Shown piece by piece: positions 46,633 to 55,316 of a stretch of DNA of 64,000 nt (position 1 is the stretch's first letter; every line of letters starts with the position of its first letter). Under the pieces are notes generated by a model. That model saw only the letters and a list, made by a program, of their open reading frames with translations, ran no database searches and was not told where the DNA came from. The DNA lies in the IMG/VR virus record IMGVR_UViG_3300031669_000001, positions 186,001 to 250,000 of that record, one strand, 5' to 3'. Both the position numbers and the translations under genes were made by a program.

Positions 46633-46942
46633 GATTTTATTTATATGACAGCAAAAAATTCCAAATAAGTTAAGGTTCAAAGAACCATTAAGAGTGCTGC
46701 TTAGTTTTCAGCTTTGTAGTGAAAGTACATCACTGATCTTCAGACTAGCACTTTTAATGTTTCCTTCAAAGAAGCATTAAGGATGATTTTAAGTATCTTA
46801 GCTCTGAATCAGTAATCCACTTTAGCGTGGAACTTTATTCATCGTCAGGGTTACATACGATCATCTTTAATGTTTCCTCATCGATAAAAGCATTATAACA
46901 CGCTCTTCCAAAAAGTACATTACTTTGTGCAACTATTTTCAA

Positions 46943-47092
46943 AAGTACTCTGCAGGATAATCTCTCCGCTCTACCATTTGAGCTACCCAGCAGCGTTTGG
47001 CTACCGAGGCTGGATTCGAACCAACATCTGACTATGATCAATGATCCCATGCACGGAGGTCATTGACTGCAAAATTATCCTGCAAAGTACTT
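46943..47092 (-). ncRNA. permuted tRNA mimic closed by a 19-bp terminal stem
   Basis: T arm GTTGG-TTCGAAT-CCAGC, stem CTCGGTAGC/GCTGCTGGG, TA, D arm GCTC-AAATGGTA-GAGC. Confidence 0.7.
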
Positions 47093-47096
47093 GAGG

Positions 47097-47308
47097 TGGC
47101 GCTCTCGCAAGGATTCGAACCTCGACCTTGATGCCATTCACACGTGTTCGATAGGAAGTGGTAGACACATACGTGTCACTAACTACTAACGTGCTATCTT
47201 CATCAACATTACCCCGTGCCTTACCAATGCCTTTGATATTACGTTTGCACAACTCGTTTGACCCACAACAGTTCGCACGAGAATCTCAGGTTAGTCGGAT
47301 ACGAGAGC
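47097..47308 (-). ncRNA. 212-nt RNA with tRNA-like acceptor stem, T arm and CCA
   Basis: GCTCTCG/CGAGAGC-G-CCA; CGAGG-TTCGAAT-CCTTG. Confidence 0.7.
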
Positions 47309-47969
47309 GTAACCTCAAGTACTTTGCAGAAGAAACTCGTCTGAGGATTCGAACCTCTTAAGAGTGTGCGCACACCATACACCGAAATGTACCCCGTATA
47401 TCCACCACGGGCAAAGCTCTTTGATAAAACGGCTGCAGACCGGTAAATCTAGAGTAAGTTTCTTCAGCAAAGCACTTCAAATTTTATCTAACGGAGGTAG
47501 TTCGTCCGTTAGGGTAACTCATTTGAGTTACCTTTTAGCTCCAGAGGTAATTCGTCTGGACGGCAAGGGTGGTTAATCCCTTCTGTTCAAATTCTCTTTC
47601 GTCGACGGTCTGAGGATTCGAATCTCAGATTTGCCGCTCCGATGGCGCCATCTCGGCGAAAAAGAACTTTGTGAGGCTGCTTCAGCGAACGTTGTAGTGC
47701 ATGCGCTCAACATCCGACTTCCAGGATCCGTGCATCGCATGCGAGCCGATGCCTGGTATGCTTTTACATTACAAAAGCAGCTTTACAAAAGACGCCGTCA
47801 CGAACATTATACCGAAGAAAACCCATCCAACAAACGCGTCTTCCTTGTCGGTTTCCATAATCAACTGTCCAAGCAAAAAACCTGCTTACTAACCTAAATA
47901 GCACCAAGAGTTTCTCTGCCAAGCCATTGTAAAAATTGAATTATTTCTCTCATGCTTTACTCGTTGCAT

Positions 47970-48311
47970 CTACTGACAAACAGAAACAGTTGAGCACTTT
48001 TTGATAATTTCTTCAGTATTAATTGCGTCTACGTTACCTTTTGCTTGCGCGACCTGATCTTCATGATCTCCCCCCAGCTTACTTGCTGGAATGAGGAACA
48101 AGAAAACGGTAGCTGCATCAACATTTGCAGAATGATCCTGTGCAGCAGACGATACAGCAAGTTGCGTCTTTGCATTACACATAGCAGTTGATAACTCAGA
48201 GCACGAAAGGTTCGTGTATTTCTGCGGCGATACATAATCTGCATGAATACTCTCGGGACGAGTGGCACAACCAGCTAATAAAATTGCTGCTATAACTAAA
48301 ATCTTTTTCAT
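47970..48311 (-). CDS. lipoprotein
   Basis: Lipobox LLAGC. Confidence 0.8.
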   Translation of the reverse strand: MKKILVIAAILLAGCATRPESIHADYVSPQKYTNLSCSELSTAMCNAKTQLAVSSAAQDHSANVDAATVFLFLIPASKLGGDHEDQVAQAKGNVDAINTEEIIKKCSTVSVCQ

Positions 48312-48440
48312 TAAATTTTCCTTTAAAATTGAATTATTTCGCGCACTTCTTAGCGACTGCGAATCTAACCTTTCAAATCAATTCCTTTGTTGTTTGAATC
48401 GATAAAAGCATTATAACATGATCTACAGAAAAGTACACTA

Positions 48441-48650
48441 CTATTTACGAACTATTTGCACTATTTCACGGGAAGTAATGATCCTGCACTTTGATTCGAT
48501 CTCAGCGATTCGTTTCTTTGGGATGTCGTAATGATCTTTGTGGAACCAACAGGGCTTTATGTCGAGCTGTCGAGCCATCTCGTGAAGATTCTCGATAGAG
48601 TATGGAAGGCAGATAAGATGACGTGAACCGTCTGTAAGATATTCTAGCAT
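48441..48650 (-). CDS. DUF4031-like small protein
   Basis: HL......LH..A..L.I...WF...HYD. Confidence 0.65.
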   Translation of the reverse strand: MLEYLTDGSRHLICLPYSIENLHEMARQLDIKPCWFHKDHYDIPKKRIAEIESKCRIITSREIVQIVRK

Positions 48651-48682
48651 GTGACATTATATCACAAGTTTAGAGAGAAGTG

Positions 48683-48967
48683 TTAACCGAATTTCTTGCT
48701 TGTAACCTTACCAGTCTTATCATCGACCATGTAAGCTGTCATAGAAGGTTCTCCATCTTTGATGAATTGTTTGACGATCTTGATGTTCTTCTCTTCTTGA
48801 CCTCTATGGATGTAACCTGGAGAGTCAGTCCAAAATCCGTTCTTACGCTTTTCTACTCTACGCTGAGCTTCAGGTTCTTTCTTGTCACCAAACTTTGTGA
48901 CGTCGAACGCTCCTCCACTGATCTTCTTTACAACGTAGGTCGGTTCAAAGATTTCAAAAAGCTTCAA
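48683..48967 (-). CDS. hypothetical protein (MKLFEIFE N-terminus)
   Basis: TTG start with SD. Confidence 0.6.
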   Translation of the reverse strand: MKLFEIFEPTYVVKKISGGAFDVTKFGDKKEPEAQRRVEKRKNGFWTDSPGYIHRGQEEKNIKIVKQFIKDGEPSMTAYMVDDKTGKVTSKKFG

Positions 48968-49051
48968 GATAGATTTCCTTCGGCGTATCCTTTACCCCAA
49001 TCGATATAGAAGCGAGTAGGTTCTTCAATAATGGTGCTGATGGGTTCATTT

Positions 49052-49141
49052 TGACTCTTGTCGTCTGTCTAGGGCTTCTAATGACTCTTGTCGTCTGTCT
49101 AGGGCTTCTAATGACCCTTGTCGTCTGTCTAGGGCTTCTAA
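49052..49141. repeat. 3 x 30-bp tandem repeat inside a small minus-strand ORF (49046-49153; LEALDRRQES repeats)
   Basis: TGACTCTTGTCGTCTGTCTAGGGCTTCTAA x3 with one mismatch. Confidence 0.92.
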
Positions 49142-49289
49142 GTTGTCTACCATGTTTCGTTATCCGTGAAAAGATTGTTAAAACTATTTATGAAGATTAA
49201 CTTGTTATACTTCTCGTGTGTACTTTTCAGGCTGGTGTGATATAATAGCTCAAATAAATAAAAACGAAACATTAACTTAGGAGAATATT

Positions 49290-49520
49290 ATGAGTAAACC
49301 TCAATATGTATGCAAGGATTGTGGAACTGTAGGACCACGAGTAACTGTGGTTAAAGGTCACTTTGTCGTAGAGTTGCTTTTGTGGTGCTGCTTCGGCGTC
49401 CCTGGTTTGATCTATACTACTTGGCGAGTATTAACAAAGACGAATGGATGTGGATCGTGTGGATCGAAGAACATGATCAGCGTAAGTTCACCGATGGCTA
49501 AGAATTTTATGGAATCATGA
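49290..49520 (+). CDS. small zinc-ribbon membrane protein
   Basis: CxxC - hydrophobic hairpin - CxxC; own early promoter and SD. Confidence 0.7.
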   Translation: MSKPQYVCKDCGTVGPRVTVVKGHFVVELLLWCCFGVPGLIYTTWRVLTKTNGCGSCGSKNMISVSSPMAKNFMES

Positions 49521-49611
49521 ACATCTTCAAAGACGCTAAGCTCTTTAAGCTTCATAGATATTTGTCATCTCTTTGATTGACAACCAATGTTGATAAACTC
49601 CTGCACCAGTT

Positions 49612-49935
49612 TCATTTTGTAGAGTCCATGGATTTATTGATGCGATCTTGAATTTCTTGATACTGACGAGTGTAGCGTTCTAGCATAGCCTCGTCAATTG
49701 CGCTTAGCTTTCCGCCTTGCTGATTCTTCTTCAATTGAAGAGCAAAGATCTTATCGTCAAGGTCAGACGCTCTGTCTTGACTAATCTGGATTGAAAAGTT
49801 CTTCTGCACAGTTTGAAGATCTGCGGCTGTTGCGTAGTGAGAATCAAAAGCCCAAAATGCTCCAAGAATTGCTATGACTGCAGATACAGTTGCACTCGCT
49901 GTTGCAAGTGGTTTTTCTTTTATAAATTCCATCAT
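49612..49935 (-). CDS. membrane-anchored coiled-coil protein
   Basis: N-terminal TM helix. Confidence 0.6.
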   Translation of the reverse strand: MMEFIKEKPLATASATVSAVIAILGAFWAFDSHYATAADLQTVQKNFSIQISQDRASDLDDKIFALQLKKNQQGGKLSAIDEAMLERYTRQYQEIQDRINKSMDSTK

Positions 49936-49938
49936 GAT

Positions 49939-50367
49939 TTAGTCCTTCATATCCGTGATCGTAATGTTGAAGAAGACTTCGTCATTACGATTCTTTGCTT
50001 GTTTTATTGCATTCTTTACGCCTAACAGATTGCTATTTTTCTCAACGAGAGGGTTAACTGTTAGATCCATGATCTTGACGCTAGTACCAGAACGAACGGC
50101 TGCAAAGATAGCGTTCATTCCATCCTCTTCAACTATCGTAAGCATAGAGATGCGGCCTTCTGTAAAACGCTTGAAGGCTTTGCTTGGATCGTTAGATTGA
50201 TTTGATTGCTGGTGTTGGAGAAGCGTAAGTCTCTCAGAACTGAGATCAACTCCGATTGCGTTGCCGATCGATTCGAAGACGGTATCAAGTTGATCTAGCG
50301 GAACTCCCTGTGATCCGTCCGTAAAGAACTGATCGATCAAACTTGTTTTGATTTCTGATAACTTCAT
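49939..50367 (-). CDS. hypothetical protein (MKLSEI N-terminus)
   Basis: GATAAATA upstream. Confidence 0.65.
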   Translation of the reverse strand: MKLSEIKTSLIDQFFTDGSQGVPLDQLDTVFESIGNAIGVDLSSERLTLLQHQQSNQSNDPSKAFKRFTEGRISMLTIVEEDGMNAIFAAVRSGTSVKIMDLTVNPLVEKNSNLLGVKNAIKQAKNRNDEVFFNITITDMKD

Positions 50368-50434
50368 TGGATAAACCTTTCGAAAATAGCATTGCTCGAA
50401 AGTATTTATCGTTATTGATTCGAATTAGTTTCTA

Positions 50435-51496
50435 TTATCGTCGAATGACAGTTGTACCTTCGCTAAACGTGTCAGGCCTAAAGTTTGCAAGGTCGAGAGT
50501 TGAGATCCCGAGGGCAACTGTTACATCATACAGAATGGCTGTGACCTCTGCGGCGCTAAGTTTTCCTACCTTCATGTATTCTAGCAAGGCATCTGAGGTT
50601 TTGCAGTAAGCTATCAGGTTTTGGTTTGGCACCTGCTTTATTTTGGATTCTAGATGTGCTATCTGCTTTAAAGCTTCTTCAACATTCTCTGTATTTTGAA
50701 TCGTGAGAAATTCGATCTTAGAGTTCAACGATTCATTAGCTTTTTCGAGAGCTGTTATCTGATCGAGGGCTTCAGTTAAACCGTCATTGGCAGCTCGCAT
50801 AGTGCTGACAAATTGTTTTGTCATCTTGATCTGATGCTTCATTCGAAGCATGATCGTTTGATACGCGTGTTGGTACTCAGGGAACAACTTCATCGCGGTC
50901 TTCAACATAGACAAGAATATCGTCTCTGCTTCTGACCCGTACTGATCCATCTTGTCGACGGTGAACACATCGATCATGTGTTCAAGGTTATCGCATCGAT
51001 CAAGACCCTTAACGATAGATGCCGCTATCAGTTTCGCGATGTCTCTGATGTAAGTTTCTTTGTTCTTGTGTTCACCAGCGAATTTTTTGGTCAGCGCCCA
51101 GGTGTTTACGCTTACCTTTTCACCAAAGATTTGTGTGATCTGCTCGGTGGGTACGTCGTGATCTTCTTGAGAATCGTGAAGGAGCGCGATGACGATGCAA
51201 AGTTCTTCAATGTCGTCTGGAAGACCTTTGAGTTGAGTGACAGATAGGGCGATGCGGACTTGATGATGAAGGCTCGGAGTTACCTTGTCCTTGCGGAATC
51301 GCTGTTCAGCTGGAAGTCTGAACTCCAACTGCTCTATGAATCCAAGCGCTCGAATGCCTTGGACGTAGCCTTTGCCGAGCATGTAATACTTGAGCGCAGT
51401 CTTCTCTCGTTGAAACTGAAGTGCGTGTCGTTGTAAAACAGCTTTCATTGAATCAACGTCAGCGCCAGATTGATCGAGTATGTTAAAGTCAGTCAT
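50435..51496 (-). CDS. RelA/SpoT-type HD hydrolase with coiled-coil C-terminus
   Basis: RKD..TP...H, ALLHD..ED, LTK, K..DR.DN. Confidence 0.8.
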   Translation of the reverse strand: MTDFNILDQSGADVDSMKAVLQRHALQFQREKTALKYYMLGKGYVQGIRALGFIEQLEFRLPAEQRFRKDKVTPSLHHQVRIALSVTQLKGLPDDIEELCIVIALLHDSQEDHDVPTEQITQIFGEKVSVNTWALTKKFAGEHKNKETYIRDIAKLIAASIVKGLDRCDNLEHMIDVFTVDKMDQYGSEAETIFLSMLKTAMKLFPEYQHAYQTIMLRMKHQIKMTKQFVSTMRAANDGLTEALDQITALEKANESLNSKIEFLTIQNTENVEEALKQIAHLESKIKQVPNQNLIAYCKTSDALLEYMKVGKLSAAEVTAILYDVTVALGISTLDLANFRPDTFSEGTTVIRR

Positions 51497-51549
51497 AGAT
51501 TCTCCAATAGATGAATCATTATAACACACTTTATACAGAAAGGAAACAG

Positions 51550-51574
51550 AAAAAGGGGAGATTTCTCTCCCCTT
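51550..51574 (-). terminator. intrinsic terminator
   Basis: AAGGGGAGA/TCTCCCCTT plus U run. Confidence 0.7.
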
Positions 51575-51593
51575 ATGAAACTCCGGTGAACCC

Positions 51594-52319
51594 TTATTTC
51601 TTGTCAGATGGTGTGTTTGCGGTCACTGACTTATTTTTGATGTCATCATAAAGCTTAGACATGTCTACTCCAGCCGCTGCAGAGCACGCTCCGTCTGCGT
51701 AGTTGAATGAAGCTCCGCGCATCGATGAAGTTGCAAAGTTCACAGCTGTCATCGCGTCTAAAGTTCCAGTCTTGGTGTAGTCAAACGTCACTGAGTTGCT
51801 AGCCTTGATCCCCATTGAGGTTCCAACTGAACGAGCATCCATGTTGGTTCCTAGAAACAGAACTTCCCAGCCGTGTTCACCTTCAACGCCGCTGATCAAT
51901 TCCTTAACCTTAGCGTAGGTGTATTCTTTGCTGGCGTTCTCTTGTCCATCGGTCAAGATAGCTACGATCGTCTTCGTGTTCTTTGGATTTTCATCCTTGA
52001 ACGTGGAGATAGTTCTACCAACAGCGTCATAGAGAGCTGTGTAACCACGCGGTTGGAATGTGCTTGCATTTAGATCAGGCACGTTTTCGAGAGGAACGTT
52101 GTCGTGAACGACAAGATACTCATGGTCGAATTGAACCAACGATACTGTTACCTTACCTGGAACTTCCTTCTGACCTGCCAAGAAGGCATTGAACCCGCCG
52201 ATCGTTTCTTCCTTGATAGAGCTCATTGAACCCGAGCGATCGAGAATGAAGAAGATGCGAGCGTTAGCAGGCTTTTTGGATTTGGATTTTTTCTTTGGGG
52301 TTATCATTTTGTCTGTCAT
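51594..52319 (-). CDS. vWA domain protein
   Basis: DRSGSM, T.LYDA, LTDG.ENAS. Confidence 0.88.
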   Translation of the reverse strand: MTDKMITPKKKSKSKKPANARIFFILDRSGSMSSIKEETIGGFNAFLAGQKEVPGKVTVSLVQFDHEYLVVHDNVPLENVPDLNASTFQPRGYTALYDAVGRTISTFKDENPKNTKTIVAILTDGQENASKEYTYAKVKELISGVEGEHGWEVLFLGTNMDARSVGTSMGIKASNSVTFDYTKTGTLDAMTAVNFATSSMRGASFNYADGACSAAAGVDMSKLYDDIKNKSVTANTPSDKK

Positions 52320-52329
52320 TTTGTTCTCC

Positions 52330-53115
52330 TTAATAGATGATTTGTAGTGACGCGCCGCAGTTGGAACAGAATTTAGCGGAGGTTGATTTGCTGAGATATC
52401 CACACGAGTCGCATTCTGTCTTGCTGCGGGTGGTGACTGCGTTAGAAACGGATTTTCCTAGATGTTCTCCAAGCAGACGTAAGATCATCACGTGCTTGTG
52501 AGGTTCAAGTGCAAAGTTAGCAACCGAATTGAACTCCTGATCTGATACAGATCCAGGGGCTGTAATTCCAACACAGTTAGTGTATGCTCCAGGTATAGCA
52601 GCTGTGGAATTACTTGCTCCTATCGCACTGCTGTTTGCGCAAAAACCTCTAGCCATCAACGGGGATGGATCTCCAGTTGAACCGGCTGAATTCCAGAACG
52701 GAGGATAATTCGGTGGGGGATAAGGTTGATGCCAATTTGGAGTTACAGTCGTGATCGTTTGGATCACCTTTTCAAATTGAAACTCAACTCGAACTAAGCC
52801 ATCATCGACTCTGATACCTCGATGCTTTTCTATCGCTGAATTGCGCGCGATAAATTTGAATCGATTTCCTCGATCTAGATTGCCGTTCTTGATGAACCGT
52901 TCTAACTCTATTTCATCGTTAGGATCAACGACTAAAGATACTCCCTGCGTCGCATCGACTCCATCAATCTCGATCTTAACAGAAGCCCTGACAGAGTTCT
53001 TGTTCTTGATAAAGATGCTGTATTCGGTTTGAAATGGGAGGTAAACCTGATCTTCGAATTCTCGAAGTGCTTTGCCGTTAGCCTTGATGGCCACAGCGAG
53101 TTTATTGCTGTACAT
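52330..53115 (-). CDS. hypothetical protein with C-terminal double zinc ribbon
   Basis: CxxCG...KFCxxCG. Confidence 0.75.
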   Translation of the reverse strand: MYSNKLAVAIKANGKALREFEDQVYLPFQTEYSIFIKNKNSVRASVKIEIDGVDATQGVSLVVDPNDEIELERFIKNGNLDRGNRFKFIARNSAIEKHRGIRVDDGLVRVEFQFEKVIQTITTVTPNWHQPYPPPNYPPFWNSAGSTGDPSPLMARGFCANSSAIGASNSTAAIPGAYTNCVGITAPGSVSDQEFNSVANFALEPHKHVMILRLLGEHLGKSVSNAVTTRSKTECDSCGYLSKSTSAKFCSNCGASLQIIY

Positions 53116-53216
53116 AATGCTTCTCCTGCTGGGCGACTGACTGGCGTCCAATTACATAAGTCAGTTAAGCTCTTGATAAATTACACACCGAGCCAAGTTG
53201 TGTTCTGTACTTCTAT

Positions 53217-53510
53217 TTATACTCTCATCGCGCTTCCAGAAATCATTCCTGATAGCACGCTATCTAACCACCAACGTGGAAACTTTTCATCTTGATATAA
53301 TTCAAACTTGAACAAATTTCCTAACTCGATGTCTTCTTTCCACATCTCGACGTTCAAGTTCAACATCTTCTTACCGTGCATGAAGCCGTTGTTTTGACGG
53401 CATTTCGATCCACCATAAGATTCAAAGTTGTAAAGCTCGATCAAACATTCATCAGAAAAATCTAAGACATGTTCCCATTCTAAGGCGAACATTCTGTAAA
53501 TCTCAGTCAT
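53217..53510 (-). CDS. hypothetical protein
   Basis: 97 aa ORF. Confidence 0.6.
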   Translation of the reverse strand: MTEIYRMFALEWEHVLDFSDECLIELYNFESYGGSKCRQNNGFMHGKKMLNLNVEMWKEDIELGNLFKFELYQDEKFPRWWLDSVLSGMISGSAMRV

Positions 53511-53721
53511 TCGCAGAAACTTCGGCGAACAGCCTTTTACTGAGTGTCGTGGAATCCCATTTTGGTTGCCGCGTTTAGCATGTACATTTGACCTCTTACT
53601 TAAACAAGCGGCTCATTACCGCTGTCATTTTATCAATCCAACCTAACAGCAGACACACCAGAAACAGGATTACTCCAATGAGCATTCCAATTCCGAGGGC
53701 GGCTGCTGTCGAATTCATCGC

Positions 53722-53910
53722 TTAGATGAGGGTGGAAGCCTTGTAGCCCATGCTGTTCCACAGGATACGAGTCTTGCCGGCCGAGGTTGTTTGTTGTGCA
53801 CGAACTGTTACTTTCGAAGTGCGCTTTTGGATTGCTGTTTTGCCTTCGCGATAAACGCGAGTTCCTGCAGCGATCGAGATTTTCTTACCTACGAGATTTG
53901 TCTTTGACAT
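53722..53910 (-). CDS. small basic protein
   Basis: SD, 62 aa. Confidence 0.6.
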   Translation of the reverse strand: MSKTNLVGKKISIAAGTRVYREGKTAIQKRTSKVTVRAQQTTSAGKTRILWNSMGYKASTLI

Positions 53911-53970
53911 AATGAATTTCCTTATGAGTATGTTATGAAAAGAGGAATCAAATGATTCCTCGTTTGCTAC

Positions 53971-54174
53971 TTAAACAGCTTGGATATTGGAAGCTTGTGC
54001 TCCCTTTTGTCCTTGAGTCACGTCAAAGGAAACCTTCTGGCCTTCTTTGAGAGATTTGAAACCGCTCATGTTGATCGCAGAGAAGTGTGCGAACAAATCG
54101 TCACTACCTACATCTGGGGTAATGAAGCCAAAACCTTTAGCGTCATTGAACCACTTTACTGTACCTGTTGCCAT
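53971..54174 (-). CDS. cspA: cold-shock protein
   Basis: [21 protein letters not shown]. Confidence 0.96.
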   Translation of the reverse strand: MATGTVKWFNDAKGFGFITPDVGSDDLFAHFSAINMSGFKSLKEGQKVSFDVTQGQKGAQASNIQAV

Positions 54175-54227
54175 TCTTATTTCTTTCTAAATTGAACAAT
54201 CACCGAAATTGATGATTGGGTAAAACA

Positions 54228-54568
54228 ATAAACTAGAGATGAGGGCAGATTATGCTCTTACCAAGCCTTTCGGCCGTCTTCCCTTTCGGGGTCGACATGG
54301 TAGCTTGAATTAACCATCCTCAAGCTTAGGACCACCTAACCGCACATGATCGGACATGCGCAACCAGCATGTTAAGCACCTAGTTTAGTCCAGGCTACGA
54401 CCCAGTTTATCGTCTGGGAACTATTCTGTGATCACCACAGACAGTGGGTAAACTATTTTCACACTCTTGCTTGGTTAGGTCGAGTGCTATCTTAAAGTTG
54501 CCCTTAAGAAGTAGTTCCATCAGCTTCACAAGTTGTCGAAGTATCACAATCTAATGCAGCTAGTTTAT
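54228..54568 (-). ncRNA. Y-RNA-like handle family, copy 4 (about 280-nt structured payload)
   Basis: ATAAACTA-GCTGCATTAGATTGT-GATACTTCG...ATAATCT-GCCCTCATCTC-TAGTTTAT. Confidence 0.7.
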
Positions 54569-54640
54569 CGGTAGCAGCAGGTGGAGTCGAACCACCGGAG
54601 ATAGGCTTATGAGACCTATTTGAATCCCATTCTCACTGCA
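54569..54640 (-). tRNA. tRNA(CAT), miniature D arm
   Basis: Loop CTCATAA, T arm intact. Confidence 0.6.
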
Positions 54641-54641
54641 A

Positions 54642-54766
54642 CATTGATGAGAAAAAGTTGATAGAGGCTTTTTGTGGCGGCTGTCCTACCACTGGACGAC
54701 TAGTCAGGAATCGAACCTGAGTTCGCTGCTTTGGGCGAAGTAACTCTTATCTACGCAACATCAATG
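54642..54766 (-). ncRNA. Y-RNA-like handle family, copy 5 (T arm then D arm)
   Basis: CATTGAT-GTTGCGTAG...GTTACTTCG, TCAGG-TTCGATT-CCTGA, GTCC-AGTGGTA-GGAC, TTTTTCTC-ATCAATG. Confidence 0.78.
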
Positions 54767-54916
54767 GTGCCATACAATCAGAGTCAACCAACTGCATGAC
54801 ATTTCAGCATTTTACCGGAGCTACCCGGCTTTCCTTCGAGGATCTTTAATACCGCCCTTTCGGGTGATGGTACAAGAATTGCTGAACCCCTAGTGGAAGT
54901 GCCCTTCCACACCGTT

Positions 54917-54990
54917 TGGAGCGGGTAGAGGGAATCGAACCCTCCACTGAACCTTGGCAAGGTTCCGAGTTACCACTACACCACACCCGC
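54917..54990 (-). tRNA. tRNA-Gly(GCC)
   Basis: Loop TTGCCAA, CCA. Confidence 0.88.
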
Positions 54991-55105
54991 TAGATGAACA
55001 TTCAAAGAATGTCATCCGTCTCCACCATCTAATGATCAGCTCCACTAGAAGAGTTACCACCTAAGGTACCATCCAATGATCGGCTCCATTGGAAGAGTTA
55101 TAAGT

Positions 55106-55236
55106 TGAATCGAGAAAGAGGCGAAAAGAGAGATTTTAGGGTTTTGCCATTAAACTATACCCACTAGGGGCAGCCGGAATCGAACCGACGTCACTCGTTT
55201 AAGAGACGAAGTAACTCTTTTCTGTGCAACGATTCA
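55106..55236 (-). ncRNA. Y-RNA-like handle family, copy 6 (T-acceptor-D module)
   Basis: GTCGG-TTCGATT-CCGGC, TGCCC/GGGTA, TA, GTTT-AATGGCA-AAAC inside the handle. Confidence 0.8.
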
Positions 55237-55311
55237 GGTGCGGGATGAGAGAATCGAACTCTACTATTCCTGGGTGGAAGCCAGGCGTGTAACCAATGAC
55301 ACCTATCACGC
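55236..55311 (-). tRNA. tRNA-Gly(TCC)
   Basis: Loop CTTCCAC. Confidence 0.75.
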
Positions 55312-55316
55312 AAAGG

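Noticed and set aside
46690-46864. Short ORFs with internal TAA/TGA after the duplicated AGGAAACATTAAA
   Set aside because: Too short and motif-free to support readthrough; possibly decayed genes.
37170-47897. Short ORFs overlapping tRNAs and ncRNAs, and the 5' extensions of ORFs 34679..35236, 38278..38865 and 45278..46045
   Set aside because: They are shadows of RNA genes with no SD or protein-like features.
49052-49141. CRISPR array
   Set aside because: The repeats are contiguous with no spacers, and no cas genes are present.
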